From Nitrospirota bacterium (lineage in GTDB: Bacteria > Nitrospirota > JACRHJ01), in NCBI GenBank assembly GCA_963698885.1, contig CAVOSJ010000003.1:463107-527106 (forward strand): a DNA stretch of 64,000 bases. The letters run 5' to 3'. The notes under the pieces are model-generated. The model did not search any database and had not been told where the DNA came from. It was given only the letters and a program-made list of their open reading frames with translations. The position numbers and the translations under genes were made by a program. Below are positions 10,201-19,474 of this stretch, piece by piece; position 1 is the first letter of the stretch; every line of letters begins with the position of its first letter.

Positions 10201-10789
10201 TGTCGCTCACGCGGCTTAAGTTGTCTTCGGTCTCTTTCAGCTTCGATAACGCCTCGTTCTTGCGGGATTTGTATTTCGTTATCCCCGCGACCTCTTCGAT
10301 TATGAAGCGGCGTTCCTCCGGCTTGCTCGTTATAAGCTGGCCTATCTTTCCCTGCTCGATTATGGAATACGCCCTGGAACCGACGCCGGTATCCATCAGC
10401 AGGTCGCGGATGTCTTTCAGGCGGCACTGTATCTTGTTGATCAGGTACTCGCTCTCCCCGCTCCTGTACAGCCTGCGGGTGATGGTTATCTCCTTGAACT
10501 CCGAGAACCCCAGCGAGTCCGCGCCCTCCACGTCCTGAAGCGTAAGGTTCACCTCCGCCATCCCGGTGGCTTTGCGCACCTCGGTCCCGTTGAAGATCAC
10601 GTCCTCCATCTTTTCGCCGCGCATGTTCTTGGCGCTCTTTTCGCCAAGCACCCAGCGGATGGCGTCGGAGATGTTGCTCTTCCCGCACCCGTTCGGCCCG
10701 ACCACGGCGGTCATGCCGCGCTCGAAGGTGACGGATGTCTTGTCCGAAAAGGATTTAAAACCTGTCATTTCCAGCTTGTGGAAGCGCAT
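7217..10789 (-). CDS. smc: chromosome segregation protein SMC
   Basis: The protein is 1190 aa. It has an N-terminal Walker A (GPNGCGKSN), long coiled coils, a hinge, and a C-terminal LSGGEKAL signature with Walker B (FCVLDEVDAPLD). Confidence 0.97.
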   Translation of the reverse strand: MRFHKLEMTGFKSFSDKTSVTFERGMTAVVGPNGCGKSNISDAIRWVLGEKSAKNMRGEKMEDVIFNGTEVRKATGMAEVNLTLQDVEGADSLGFSEFKEITITRRLYRSGESEYLINKIQCRLKDIRDLLMDTGVGSRAYSIIEQGKIGQLITSKPEERRFIIEEVAGITKYKSRKNEALSKLKETEDNLSRVSDIIHEVKRQIGSLDRQAKKAERYKKLSSELRGLELKMSWDDYNALLAKSQEVEEEHERLASLQSAAKNSVSAREADLSEARLQLVEKERSLMEHQREVHRLESEVSRLEARAEVAANQLKNLDEREERRLSEMGQLKVEEEDLHQQASSLREEEQALKSELDGLRSELQSLEAEYQEKTDGAHALEQEIEHGRVRLFDMQAGLSNNQNVLTRLEERRAALEARSARALEERRETEENLSAAKLAAEKKRMELEAARSSNNELEAERGSLSAKVDETRASLKGLSDELAIGREQLSQKSNRLKSLKELEEGLEGFAAGVKALVSENKRGALPGIRGLVADILSASPEHERAIEAVLGERLQNIIVGGHDDAKSAIEFLKARGAGRGSFLPALPKVFSCSEAPVGEGIIGPALSLSKVKDGYEDILKSLLGQVLVVRDLDAAFSIWERGADWTLVTLDGEVVEPSGAVTGGAGGSGGILSKKREIRELTEEVESLSRSNQAAQDRLSESKALMEELEGKLKGLHEIINEKRVTLVGLEKDAASLAAELERITKKLEVLDIEASQRTQEEDEIRESLVKTRAALEELGEKKNNAESALFAVQENLKAAKSQLERDREALTAKKMDLSALIQKHESWARDLKRADLKKEELERRRTRLEEEGSEISEKKDELSKGRAEAEGSINSFLTEAMAMKEQAPALQDAYQTANDAIEGLEESLKSTRREAEAARDALGEIELKRAELKLKAEHLLETVEHNYHIRIPEIEEEFKALEIEREQAEMDAAELKIKLEKLGPVNVGAIEEYNELMERFEFLSSQKQDLESSVARLREAIGKINKTSEELFTEAFNAINETFKTVFLSLFGGGRAELVLVPPEEGNDVLDSGLEIVAQPPGKKLQSLLLFSGGEKALIAAALTFACFLVKPSPFCVLDEVDAPLDEGNVTRFGNLLKEFADKTQFIVITHSRPTMELADALYGVTMDEPGVSRLVSVRLTEAAELAGV

Positions 10790-10979
10790 CTTCTTCTACC
10801 TCTTCTTGGAGTTTGGGAAAATGATTTTTTACTCAGGCTTTCCCGGCTGAATTTATATCATATGAGATTAGAAAAATCAATTGAAAAGCACTAAAAAATG
10901 TGGCAGATGGATTAAGACGGTACAATATATGGTATTTATATGGTTTTTGCCAAGACTATCCTCCGCTCCGCGCGCCGCT

Positions 10980-11877
10980 TTAATGTTCCAGGATAAATTG
11001 CGAGACCTTGCTTATTACACGGTCTTTCTCCGCGTCCAGGCAAAGCAGGTGGCCGGAGCGCTCCACCCAGAAAACCCCCTTATCCCCGGATGAGACGCGG
11101 GCCATTATATACCCTGGGCCGGAGGAGTCCACGGTGGCGTCGTTCTTTGACTGGATTACCAGGAGCGGCTCTTTGACTTCCGGAAGCTCTCGCCTCACGG
11201 ACTCTTCAAGCGACACCAGTTCCCGGAGCGTATTTATGGGCAAGAGGTCATAAACCGGCCTTCCTTCGAGCGCTTTCTTATCGAAGCAGAAGGAAGGCTG
11301 GGTGATTACATAGTCGGTAAACAGGAACCGGGACAGATATTTAATCGAATATTCGGGGGTGATAAATTTATTCTGGCCGTTTATGAACACGCCTGGCGCG
11401 AGAAGCACCACTCCCGCGGCCTCTTTTCTCGCGGCGATGTCCAGCGCGATGTCCCCGCCCATCGAAAACCCGACAACATAGACCTTGCGGTACTTACGTG
11501 AAAGCTCGTCAAAGGCCTTATCCGACGCCGCTATCCAGTCTTTTTTACCTGAACGCCTAAAGTCCTGGACGCTCGTGCCGTGGCCGGGAAGAAGGGGCGC
11601 GTAAACCGCGATACCCGCTTTATCCAGCGCAATTGCCAGGGGTTTAAGGTCGTATGGGGTAGCGCCGAACCCATGTATCAAAAGTGCGGCTTTCTCATTG
11701 CCTTTCCCCGGAAAAGAGATAGGTCCGGCATTCGGCAGAAGCCCGGCCCCCGCGTCCCTGGGATGCAGCGCATCTTCTTGCGCCAGCATGGCGCGGCTCT
11801 TCATCCAAGTCCCGCGCCCCGCAGACGGATGACAGCATAAGGACAACCACGAGCGCTAATAGCAGGCGCCTTTTCAT
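10980..11877 (-). pseudogene. secreted alpha/beta hydrolase (esterase/lysophospholipase-like), probable frameshift between signal peptide and catalytic domain
   Basis: The hydrolase core (LLIHGFGATPYD...GFSMGG nucleophile elbow) lies in ORF 10980..11846. A strong signal peptide, MKRRLLLALVVVLMLSSVCGA, sits in another frame (ORF 11695..11877). Its ATG overlaps the repaired stop of the upstream LEA_2 gene (ATGA). The junction lies somewhere in 11740-11830. Confidence 0.65.
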
Positions 11878-12342
11878 TTCTCAGGCACGTTCAGCTTCTT
11901 TTCCTTCGTATCGAACGGGACGGTCCGGCTTGCGAACCAGGTATGGAATACGGCTGAGCCCTTGAAGTCGGTATTCAAGGTTTCCTGCAAGTAAAATCTG
12001 GGCAAGCCTGCCGCCCAGATTCCCATAGCTCACCTTCAAGGGCAGGGTCACGACAGTGGTAGAGTCCGAAGGTATGGCTATTTCCTTGTCCGCCTGCCCG
12101 GTCGCTATCTCCTGCCCGGCAATATATGCGTGGTAGTCCAGGTCGGATATCCTGACGGTGAACCAGTTGGGGTTGACTATCTGGAGGTCGATTTCGGCAT
12201 CGAAACCTTTAAGCGTCATGTTGTTTATATGGACGGTCTTCAGTTCCAGAGACATCTTCTGGACGGCGCTTTTCATGCTGCATGCGGATAATGACAAGGC
12301 GGCCAGGATTACCAGGACCGTCAGCAGTTTATTATTCCTCAT
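11874..12342 (-). pseudogene. LEA_2 (late-embryogenesis-abundant type 2 / WHy) domain lipoprotein, probable 1-nt indel near 11958
   Basis: A lipobox is present (LAALSLSAC). After ..LEYRLQG the +1 frame reads SAVFHTWFASRTVPFDTKEKKLNVPEK* and ends in an ATGA overlap with the next gene. That tail is more protein-like than the annotated-frame tail. Confidence 0.6.
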
Positions 12343-13742
12343 CTCGCCTCCAACACCTTTATCTTAATCTTCCCCACCGCCTTAATCAACTCCATCTGTT
12401 TGTCCGGCCCGCCCTCGGCCAGCCTGATATGGGAGGCATCGGCCGGGAACTGGCCGAAGGTGGGATCGACCGTTACCCACTGGCCGACGTATACTTCGTT
12501 CCAGGCGTGGTAATAAAACTTCCCGTCCATCAAGACGAGTCCGGCGTCCATCCTTGCCGGTATCCCGGCGGCGCGGGCCAGCGCCATGAACAGCACCGCA
12601 TGCTCGTTGCAGTCCCCGGAGAGGTTTTGCAGCACCTCCAACGCATTCGGTATCCCCGCGGAAGGGTATTTTCTAAGGTTATCGTGGACCCAGTCCAGCA
12701 GTTTGTGCGCCGCCTTCAGCGTGTCCTTCTCTCCCCCCGTTATCTCCCGGGCCTGTTTTATTATCCGCGGGTCGTCAGACTGGACGAATGGCTGCGGCCC
12801 CATAAACTCGTCGAGACCCGGCCCTTTAACCGGGAGCTGCGCCGGCTTCAGGCCCGATAAATCTTCTTTTGCGGATGAAAGGATACCGTCTGAGAAAACC
12901 TGCCTCCCGCCGTCAAGCGTCATCCCGGAGAGGTCGGCCCCATCGAGCTTCACCTTCATAAACGATATGCTCCTGGGGTCGGCGACAACTGCCCCTTCCG
13001 CCTGGACCGCCGTAAGCGCGATAATGTCCGGCGGGGCGGTTACTTTCATGTTCAGGGCCTGCTCTTTCGTCTCTTTTATGAAGGTAAAACCCATCGGCCC
13101 GGAGGCCTTCAGGGTCCCCAGCCGGGGGCTTATCCAACTCGTCCCGTCGATGCCGGAAAAGCTCTCCCGCACCTTATACACCGGGACCAGGCCCTCGCCC
13201 GCCTTCATCTCCTCCACAGCCTCCACGTTTACCTTCATCCCCTGCAGCGAGAGCGACGCCGGGTCGAAAAGCGGAAGCTCCATGGAATCTCCCGCCTTAA
13301 GCTTCTGGTTCTGGATGTAGAGGTCCGCGCCCGAAGACAGAAAAGGTCTTTCCTTAAGCTTTATCTCTTCCGAATCGGATTGGCCGGGGCCTGTTTTCAG
13401 CCGGAGGACATCGCCATCCACGACCCCGTCGATCTGGGAGTTCGCAAAACCTGAGACCATTGAAAATCGGAAGTTTTTTACCCTGTATCCGCCGTCGGTT
13501 ATGGAAGATGTCGTTATTTTTACTTCCTGCACCGTTCCCAGCACGGTCAGGGCCGCAGTCATCTCTTCGGTAATGGCATAGCCGCCGGGAGCATCTTCAA
13601 CCTTGAGATACGCATAACCCATCTTCTCTTTCCCAAGGTACATCCCGGCCCATCCTTCATAAGGGGCGGCAAACGCAGCCTGGGCGAGCAAAAGGGTCAA
13701 AAAAACCGCAAATAGACTTAAAACACGGCCCGTTGAAGACAT
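12339..13742 (-). CDS. secreted transglutaminase-like (cysteine protease fold) protein
   Basis: The C-terminal region GDCNEHAVLFMALARAAGIPARMDAGL...YHAWNEVYV is the transglutaminase-core Cys/His motif. The ATG at 13742 (MSSTGRVLSLFAVFLTLLLAQA signal peptide) is preceded by GGGGGAGA. Confidence 0.85.
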   Translation of the reverse strand: MSSTGRVLSLFAVFLTLLLAQAAFAAPYEGWAGMYLGKEKMGYAYLKVEDAPGGYAITEEMTAALTVLGTVQEVKITTSSITDGGYRVKNFRFSMVSGFANSQIDGVVDGDVLRLKTGPGQSDSEEIKLKERPFLSSGADLYIQNQKLKAGDSMELPLFDPASLSLQGMKVNVEAVEEMKAGEGLVPVYKVRESFSGIDGTSWISPRLGTLKASGPMGFTFIKETKEQALNMKVTAPPDIIALTAVQAEGAVVADPRSISFMKVKLDGADLSGMTLDGGRQVFSDGILSSAKEDLSGLKPAQLPVKGPGLDEFMGPQPFVQSDDPRIIKQAREITGGEKDTLKAAHKLLDWVHDNLRKYPSAGIPNALEVLQNLSGDCNEHAVLFMALARAAGIPARMDAGLVLMDGKFYYHAWNEVYVGQWVTVDPTFGQFPADASHIRLAEGGPDKQMELIKAVGKIKIKVLEAR

Positions 13743-13846
13743 TTCTCCCCCTAAGTTAAATCCGGATAAATCCGGATATTTATAACACAACTGGCCCCGG
13801 ATGTAAACCGGCGGGAAGGGGGGTCAATAACCTTGACAGTAAGACC

Positions 13847-16800
13847 TTGAATATGCTAAATTCATGTGGGATTTTATGCCCTCAAACCGAGGTGTACGTG
13901 ATTAATAAAAGCAAGATTTTAAAGGATGTGCAGAAGTTTATCGCCAAGTCGCAATGGGATAAGGCGATAATCGAGTATGAGAAGATCTTAGCTGAGTCGC
14001 CGAACGACGCCAACACCTTCAATACCGTCGGAGACCTCTGCCTAAAAAGGAACGATACCGAAAAGGCCATTGAGTCTTTCAAAAGGTCCGCTGAAATCTT
14101 CAATAAGACCGGCTTCACCCTCAAGGCTATCGCGCTTTACAAAAAAGTCCTGAACATAAAGCCCGACCAGGTGGACGTCTTCCTCATGATGGGCAAGCTG
14201 AACGCCGAGCGCGGCATGGTGGGTAACGCAAACGAGAATTACCTGGCGGCTGCATCCTACTTTACTAAACAAGGCCAGAGGAGCAAGGCGATAGATATTT
14301 ACAAAACCCTCTGCGAACTGAACCCCGACAATTTTTCCCTCGCCCAAAAACTTGCGGAGCTTTATCTGGGCGAAGGGTTCGAGAGGGAGGGTGTAAATAA
14401 ATGCGTCGAGCTTGCGGAAAAGAAGTTTGTCCAGGGCGACTTGGCGGGCGCGAAGGAATTCCTGGCCAAGGTCAGGGAAAAGGCGTCTGACGGGTTCGAG
14501 TTCGGCCGGGTCTGTGCTTTGATAGACCTGAAGGAGGACCGGCTTCAGGAGGCGATTTCCAGGCTCGAAGAATTAAACAACCTGGACCCGAACGACGCGA
14601 GGATACAGACTTCGCTGGCAGAGGCCTATCTCCGCTCCGGCAGGTTTGATGACTCCAGAGCGATCTACAATGTCCTTCAGGATAAAGACCCGCAGAACAT
14701 GCTCTACCGGCATCAGCTCATCGAGCTGGACCTGAAGACAGGGGATTTCGAGGCCGCCTGGAAGGAATATGAAGCGCTGGCCGACTGGCACATATCCAGA
14801 AACGAATTCGCCGAGGCCGAAAAATTCATCCGGGAGTTCCTTGCCCGCAAGGCAGACAGCGTCGCTGCCCTGAACCTCCTTGCTTACGTCCTGGAGAAGC
14901 AGGACAGGCAGGAAGAGGCGGACAAAATAAGGCGCCAGGCGAAAGACCTGACCACCCCCATCCCGTCCCCTGAAGAAGAAATTCCCATTGAGGCCGCCCC
15001 TGCCGTGCCTGAAGCGATACTCCCTCCATTAGAGGAAGAGGCGTCTTTGCCGGACATGCCTATGCCGGACGAGCCAATGCCGGTCACGTCCATGCCGGAC
15101 TTGCCCGAGGAGTTCGGAGAGTTCCCGCCGATGGAACTGGGCGAGGATGAAGGGCTGGTTGAAATTCCTCAGGACCTCGGGGTGTACGGTTTTCCGGAGG
15201 ATAACGAGCTTGAAGGTTTAGATATTTTTGCCGTGAATAAAGGTTCTGAAGAAACCTCCGGGGCGGACGAGACCGGAATTCAGAGCGGCCCGGGCGACGG
15301 CATCCCCGATATGGAAGAAATAGCGGCTCCGCCGATAGATAAAAGCTTTGAGGAGCGCCTTGGCGAGGCCGATGTGCTGCTAAGGTACGGGATGACGGAA
15401 AAGGTGACGGATATTCTTAATGGCCTCTCCGAAACCCGTCCCCGGGACCCGGAGTTAAAAAAGAGGTACATTGAGCTGTACAAGGCTCAGGGCGATCTCG
15501 ATAGTTTTATAAACGTCTCCGTCGAACTTGCCGATATTTATAATTCGATGGGCATGGAGGCGGAAGCCGAAGCGGTACTCGGCAAAGCGCGCCGGCTCGA
15601 CCCTGCCGACCCAAGACTTGCATCCAAATCGCAGCCGCCGCCATCCTCGGTATATGAGATAGACGCGGTTCCGGAAATACCGGAACTTTTGGAGACGGAA
15701 TTACCGGCGCTTGAGGATGAACAAGAGGAACAGGAAGCTTTGCCGGAGTCGAAAGTTTATGAACTGGACGACCTGCCGGGGGAGGAAATTTCATTACCGG
15801 CAGAGAATGCAGTAGGAGCCGGACGTACAGTCTGAACCGGACGTACAGCCTGAACCGGACGCACAGCCTGAGCCGGTCATACAGCTTGAACTGGACATAC
15901 AGCCTGAACATGTGCCGCTCCCGGAACAGGGATTAGAGGAACCTCTGTTTGAAACTGGGAACCCGATTGAGCTGGAATCTCTGGCCGGTCCCTCGATGAC
16001 TCCGGGTTCAGTGCATTACGTGGAGGAGCGCGCGGAGGCGGATTTCTATGCTCAGCAGGGTCTTTGCCAAGAGGCAATCGAAATTTACGAGAAGCTTCTT
16101 TCCGTAAACCCGGACGACCTTGAAGTCCGCGAAAGGCACGATAAGCTGCTTGATAGTTTGTCAAAAGAGCCGGGACCGCAGGATATAGAGCTTGTCGCGG
16201 AGGAGCAGGAGCATTCCGAGCCATCCGCTGAAATCCAGGAAGAGACAAGCGAAGAAGACGACGTCTTCAAATCCCTGGACAACGAATTGGAGCAGGCCTT
16301 CAAGGAGACATGGGACGAGCCTGTTTCGGGCGGAGATTCCGAGGAGACCGCGCCAGATGAAACGGAGACGGATGAGCCGCTTATGACGCCTGGCCGGGAA
16401 CAGTCAGGCGCGCTCGTCTCCAGCGGTTTTAGTGTTCAGGAGCCTAAGCCGGACGAGGACTTCTTCGACCTGGGAGCGGAACTCCGCGAGGAATTCGAAG
16501 TAGAAACCGAGGCGCCCGCGGCGAAGAGATCCGATGCGTTCGAAGACAAACTGCTCGAGGACGTTTTCCAGGAATTTAAAAAGGGCGTTGAGGAGCAGCT
16601 CAATAAGGAAGATTACGAGACCCATTATAACCTGGGTATCGCATATAAAGAGATGGGCATGTTAGACGAGGCGCTGGGCGAGTTCGAGCTTGCCTCGCAC
16701 GACCCGGGCAGGCTCCTCGACTGCGCGAGCATGAAGGGGTTATGCTATATCGAGAAGGGCGAATACGGCACGGCGATTATAACTTTAAAAAAGGGGTTGG

Positions 16801-17063
16801 AAGCCGAAGGACGCGAGCCGGACGAGTACCTGGGACTTAAATACGACCTTGCGACCGCATACGAACTGAATGAGGATATACCGTCAGCGCAGTCGGTCGT
16901 GGAGGAGATAACAAAGGCGGACGCCGGTTTCAGAGACGTCAAGGAGAGGCTCCAGAGGTTGAACAAGGCGCTCCTGGAATCCGGGGCGGCACCTGCGGCC
17001 CAGGATAAAAAGGCGGCAGAGAAACCCGCCGCACCCAAGAAAAACAAGGTATCGTACTTATAA
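13847..17063 (+). pseudogene. large (~1070 aa) TPR-repeat protein with an acidic Pro-rich linker, frame broken near 15815
   Basis: ORF 13847..15835 has N-terminal TPRs and an acidic P/E/D-rich region. ORF 15912..17063 has C-terminal TPRs. The second frame is open back to a TAG at 13813-15815 region (15813-15815), immediately after ..PAENAV of the first frame. The likely true start is the GTG at 13898 or the ATG at 13853. Confidence 0.75.
15816..15905 (+). repeat. 5 x 18-nt tandem coding repeat (E-P-D-V-Q-P hexapeptide units)
   Basis: The units are gagccggacgtacagtct, gaaccggacgtacagcct, gaaccggacgcacagcct, gagccggtcatacagctt and gaactggacatacagcct. They are in frame with ORF 15912..17063. 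Confidence 0.9.
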
Positions 17064-17078
17064 TCTACGGAGAGTTGG

Positions 17079-17906
17079 ATGGATTACCTCGAATATTACG
17101 GCCTTAACGAACAGCCTTTCACCAACTCCATCGACAGCAGGTTTTACTACAACAGCGAACAGCATGCCGAAGCGCTGCTCCGTCTTAAATACGCCGTGAG
17201 CACCATGAAGGGGTTGGCCGTCCTGGTCGGCGGCATCGGCACCGGCAAGACCACTCTCGCCAGAAGGATGCTGGACGAACTCGACGACGATGAGCACGAG
17301 TCCGCCCTGCTCGTGATAATCCATTCCTCCATAACGACCGAATGGCTGCTTAAAAAAATCGCCATGCAGCTTGGCGTGGACGACGTACCGGAGGATAAAG
17401 TAAACCTCCTTAGCTCTATATACCACCGCCTTATAGAAATAAACGAGGCCGGCAAAAAGGCCGTGGTGCTTATAGACGAGGCTCAGATGCTGAACTCGCG
17501 GGAGATCATGGAGGAGTTCAGAGGACTTCTTAACCTCGAAGTGCCCGGCGGGAAACTGGTGTCTTTCGTGTTCTTCGGGATGCCGGAGCTGGACGACGTG
17601 CTCTCTTTAGACGAACCGCTGAAACAGAGGGTCGCGGTAAAATACCGGCTGAAATCCTTTAGCCATGATATGACCGCGCAATACATCCGTCACAGGCTCC
17701 ACATCGCGGGCAGTGAAAAGGAACTTTTTTCCCCGGACGCGATAGAGGCCGTGTATATGTTCTCCAAGGGGATCCCGCGGCTCATCAATACAATCTGCGA
17801 CAACGCGCTCCTGGAAGGCTTCCTGACCAAAAGGCCGGGCATAGACCGCAAGGTTATCGAGGAAGTCGCTGCCGATTTCGGCCTGACCGTCGGACTCAGC
17901 GCCTGA
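17079..17906 (+). CDS. ExeA/GspA/MshM-family AAA ATPase
   Basis: The N-terminus reads YLEYYGLNEQPFTNSIDSRFYY. Walker A is GGIGTGKTT and Walker B is VVLIDEAQ. The protein is 275 aa and lies immediately downstream of the TPR protein. Confidence 0.85.
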   Translation: MDYLEYYGLNEQPFTNSIDSRFYYNSEQHAEALLRLKYAVSTMKGLAVLVGGIGTGKTTLARRMLDELDDDEHESALLVIIHSSITTEWLLKKIAMQLGVDDVPEDKVNLLSSIYHRLIEINEAGKKAVVLIDEAQMLNSREIMEEFRGLLNLEVPGGKLVSFVFFGMPELDDVLSLDEPLKQRVAVKYRLKSFSHDMTAQYIRHRLHIAGSEKELFSPDAIEAVYMFSKGIPRLINTICDNALLEGFLTKRPGIDRKVIEEVAADFGLTVGLSA

Positions 17907-17908
17907 AG

Positions 17909-18845
17909 ATGCGCTTCCTTCGGAAGGCAAAACCGGTTACGCCGCTATCGGTATTTTTCCTGCTTTTCCTTCTCGTCCTTACCCTCTTTAATTTTAAAAA
18001 AATACCCGATGCGGCGGAGATTGCGCTTCGCTACGGCGCGGTAATGGCCGCCGTCCTGGCGGCGTCTTACATGCGGCAGAAATCCCCGCAAAGCGTACTG
18101 ATAAAATATGTCGATTTCCTGATGCCCCTGTTCGTCATCCTCTTCACTTTCGACAGCATGAGCCACATAACGGCCTATATAAACGGGCCTGACAAGGACC
18201 CCTGGCTGGCCCGTATGGATGCGTATCTGACCGGACCCGTCCCCGGCGCATGGCTTCAGTGGATGGTACGCCCCGCGCTCACGACCGTCCTTCAGATTTG
18301 CTACACCTCGTACTATTTCGTACCCCTGGCCTTCTGTCTTATTTTATTTTTTAAAAGGGAAACGGAATATTTCGATATCTCGCTCTTCGGGATTACCCTG
18401 GGCTTTTTCGTTTCGTACCTGGGGTACATAATCGTCCCGGCGCTGGGGCCAAGGTTTTATCTTGAGGGGCAGTATGCGCACGGCCTTATGCGCGGGGGGC
18501 TGGCACAAGGCAATCGACTCGACCCTGAACCTCCTTGAGGGCACGAACCGGGACGCATTCCCTTCCGGCCATACGGAAGTCGTGCTGATAGTGCTTGCGT
18601 ATGCGTGGCGGTACAAGAGGTGGTTCTTCTGGCTGGCCCTGCCGCTTGTCACGGGGCTGATAGTCGCGACAATGTACCTGCGGTATCACTACGTTATCGA
18701 CGTGATCGCGGGTGCGGCGCTCGCGCCGGTATGCGTGAAAATGGCGGATATATTATACGCGGCTTATTGCAGATATTTTAAAGTCGCCGCGTTCCCGGAA
18801 ATGACGTCAGATACTCCGGATCAGCGCCTGCATCACCGCACCTGA
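17909..18845 (+). pseudogene. PAP2-family lipid phosphatase, membrane protein, frame broken within 18494-18510
   Basis: ORF 17909..18538 is a polytopic N-terminal part. ORF 18462..18845 carries the PAP2 motifs PSGH and YHYVIDVIAG. The two join either in the G6 run (18494-18499) or at caa-g-gca (18509). Confidence 0.8.
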
Positions 18846-19391
18846 AATTATCGGAATAGTTAAGTTGTCGTTGAACTTCACGGGCAGGATTTCAACAACG
18901 GACGCTGTAAGTGCGCCCGCCGCGACGACATACAAAGGAAGCCCCTGCCAGTAAACCCCGGCGATTGACCCGGCTATAAGCGAGGCGGCAAAAAAGGCTA
19001 TCGTCCCCTGAAGGCTCTTCACGCCGGATATTTTCGTCTTCCCCCACCTCTCTCCCACGATTGTCGCGCTCACGTCGCCGCAGGCGAGGAATATGACGGC
19101 GCAGACGGCCAAGGGCAGGCTGTAAAGGAAGAAAGCCCCCAGCATCCCCATCAGGTACCAGGGAGTGCCGGTGATGGTACGTTTCTCGGAATCCCGGATG
19201 AACGCCCTGCCATGCCGGAATATGAAGTCGTTGAATTTCGGGAAGATGAAGCGGGAGATGTCTGTCGCGGTGGCGATGGCCGTAAGCGCGGCGAGCGCGG
19301 GTAGTCCCCGCGCCCGTCCCAGGAAAATATATGCGGCAATTATGAACAGGCCGCCCAGCAGGTGATATATCTTGCGGCCCGGATGTTTCAC
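18807..19391 (-). CDS. diacylglycerol/polyprenol kinase-family (CTP-dependent, CdsA/dolichol-kinase fold) membrane protein
   Basis: The 194-aa polytopic protein contains ACGDVSATIVGERWGKTKISGVKSLQGTIAFF, the cytidylyltransferase-family signature region. Confidence 0.7.
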   Translation of the reverse strand: MKHPGRKIYHLLGGLFIIAAYIFLGRARGLPALAALTAIATATDISRFIFPKFNDFIFRHGRAFIRDSEKRTITGTPWYLMGMLGAFFLYSLPLAVCAVIFLACGDVSATIVGERWGKTKISGVKSLQGTIAFFAASLIAGSIAGVYWQGLPLYVVAAGALTASVVEILPVKFNDNLTIPIISGAVMQALIRSI

Positions 19392-19474
19392 TTAAACGGC
19401 GTTAGACTCCCTGTTATATTCAAGCGGCCACGCATAATTCCCGCGGCCCTATGCTTTGTCTAAACTGCCTTAAC

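Noticed and set aside
7323-10688. Long ORFs antisense to or out of frame with smc, for example 9795..10688 (297 aa), 8682..9701 (339 aa) and 7323..7949 (208 aa)
   Set aside because: They lie wholly inside the intact 1190-aa smc reading frame. Their translations are low-complexity and rich in R, P, S and A. This is typical of shadow ORFs in GC-rich DNA. The same reasoning applies to similar shadow ORFs inside gdhA, glcD, trp genes, feoB and others.
10790-10979. ORF 10881..11093 (+, 70 aa) in the smc-esterase spacer
   Set aside because: It runs into and overlaps the 3' end of the esterase gene on the other strand. It has no SD and no recognisable features.
15816-15905. Possible CRISPR-like or other non-coding repeat array, also considered for the 31-nt duplicated hairpins at 33958-34019
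   Set aside because: The 18-nt units are contiguous with no spacers and are in frame with a protein (EPDVQP repeats). The 31-nt unit occurs only twice and also lacks spacers. No cas genes are present in the window.
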